A stretch of 64,000 bases of DNA, from contig CDMY01000562.1 of the NCBI GenBank assembly GCA_001179505.1, forward strand, positions 124,001-188,000. Reading direction: 5' to 3'. This stretch comes from Vitrella brassicaformis CCMP3155 (lineage: Eukaryota > Protista > Chromerida). A model generated the notes under the pieces. The model saw nothing but the letters and a program-made list of their open reading frames with translations, ran no database searches and had not been told where the DNA came from. A program made the translations under genes and the position numbers. Shown in pieces: positions 63,201 through 64,000 of the stretch; the first letter of the stretch is position 1; each line of letters starts with the position of its first letter.

Positions 63201-63967
63201 GGCAGCAGGGGCACCTCCATCGGCGGCAAAACCGGCAGCGCTGCAGCAGCGGCAGCACCAGCCTCACCCCCACCACCTGGCGAAGGGCGGTCGCTCATCC
63301 GATCAGCGTCCCCCTCTCCCCGCCCCTCCACGTCGATGTCCATAGTGTCGTCATAGTGGGAGAGGTCGGGTGCCTTGGGGAACCCGGGGCTCTCCTGTGT
63401 GGCCTTGCTGGGTATGCGGCCCGTGTCGCGGAAGTGCCGGTAGCACGCGAAGAGGAAGTCGGCCGTCTGCTGGACCTCATCGGCAGTGCACTGCCGGGGC
63501 GTCTTGCGGGCGAGGTCCTTCTTCGGCGTCGTGTGGGTGCCGTCGGGGTGCTCGTATGCCGGCACCGAAAGCACCAGCTTGCCCCCCTTCTCCTGATACC
63601 ACACACCTGCCACACACACCACACACAGATCCATCCATCCATCCATCCACTCATCAACCAACCCGCTGAGAAAGAGCTCACGTGTGTCGCGCGGGAGGTC
63701 TCCCGGGAGCACCACCCTGCTGTCCGGAAAGCGCCAGAGCCTGAACTCCAGCCTGCCGTCGCCAAAGTCATCGGCATGGCCCTGCCGCACTCGCTCCTTC
63801 ATCTCGGCACTCCAGGCCTGGATGCCCCAGCGCACCCAGCGGGCCTCCGCATCGGCCATGGAGCTGTCTGCACCTGTGTTCTCCGCTGGCTGGCCGGGGG
63901 GGAGTTGCGGCGGCGGCGGCAGTGGCAAGTGCAGGTGCGGGGGCTGCGCAGGTGCCGATTGGGGCAT
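59075..63967 (-). CDS. Flavin-containing amine oxidase (LSD1/PAO-like) with N-terminal AP2-like domain(s); both ends uncertain
   Basis: IVIGAGCA|GLVAARELL...ILEARGEAGGRI, VDLGAQYVQG, YVVCTFPLGVLK, FSPALSWLKRDAI, WDNDP and LVFA|GEAT...LTGAYLSGQRAARQI. Upstream lies GWRITIN...YGPYTDIQEAQARHDLEAVRIHG...IAF. The 5' end may lie outside the window. Confidence 0.85.
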
Positions 63968-64000
63968 CTTGTTGTCCCACCCTTTCAACACAAGGTTTGG

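Overview
Eukaryotic, GC-rich, intron-dense genomic DNA. Short GT-AG introns are filled with (GT)n, (ACAG)n, (CATC)n and (AG)n microsatellites. This style, plus a nuclear LHC gene with a bipartite plastid-targeting leader and AP2-like domains, points to a chromerid alveolate, most likely Vitrella brassicaformis (inference). I reconstructed about 21 spliced protein-coding genes by hand: a multi-pass membrane protein, DHHC palmitoyltransferase, PDI, GPR180/TMEM145-like receptor, putative mitoribosomal mS45, plastid STN7-like pseudokinase, TGS1, LHCX/LI818, FkbM-like methyltransferase, MYCBP2-type RING-Cys-relay E3, BRCT-like protein, N6AMT1, signal-peptide UBL-STI1 protein, TFIIS-central-domain protein, ankyrin protein, FBXO21-like protein, Sfp-type PPTase, CCDC180 and an AP2-fused flavin amine oxidase, plus a gene end at the left edge and an orphan duplicated exon. 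There is a ~1.6 kb local duplication and a 300-N assembly gap. I saw no rRNA, tRNA, CRISPR or recognisable transposon. The most notable observations are a TGS1-PHAX RNA-binding-domain fusion, an AP2-like domain fused to an LSD1-like amine oxidase, a compact stand-alone RCR E3 ligase with both relay cysteines, and a signal-peptide-bearing ubiquilin-like protein. All family calls come from motifs I recognised by eye; no database searches were run.
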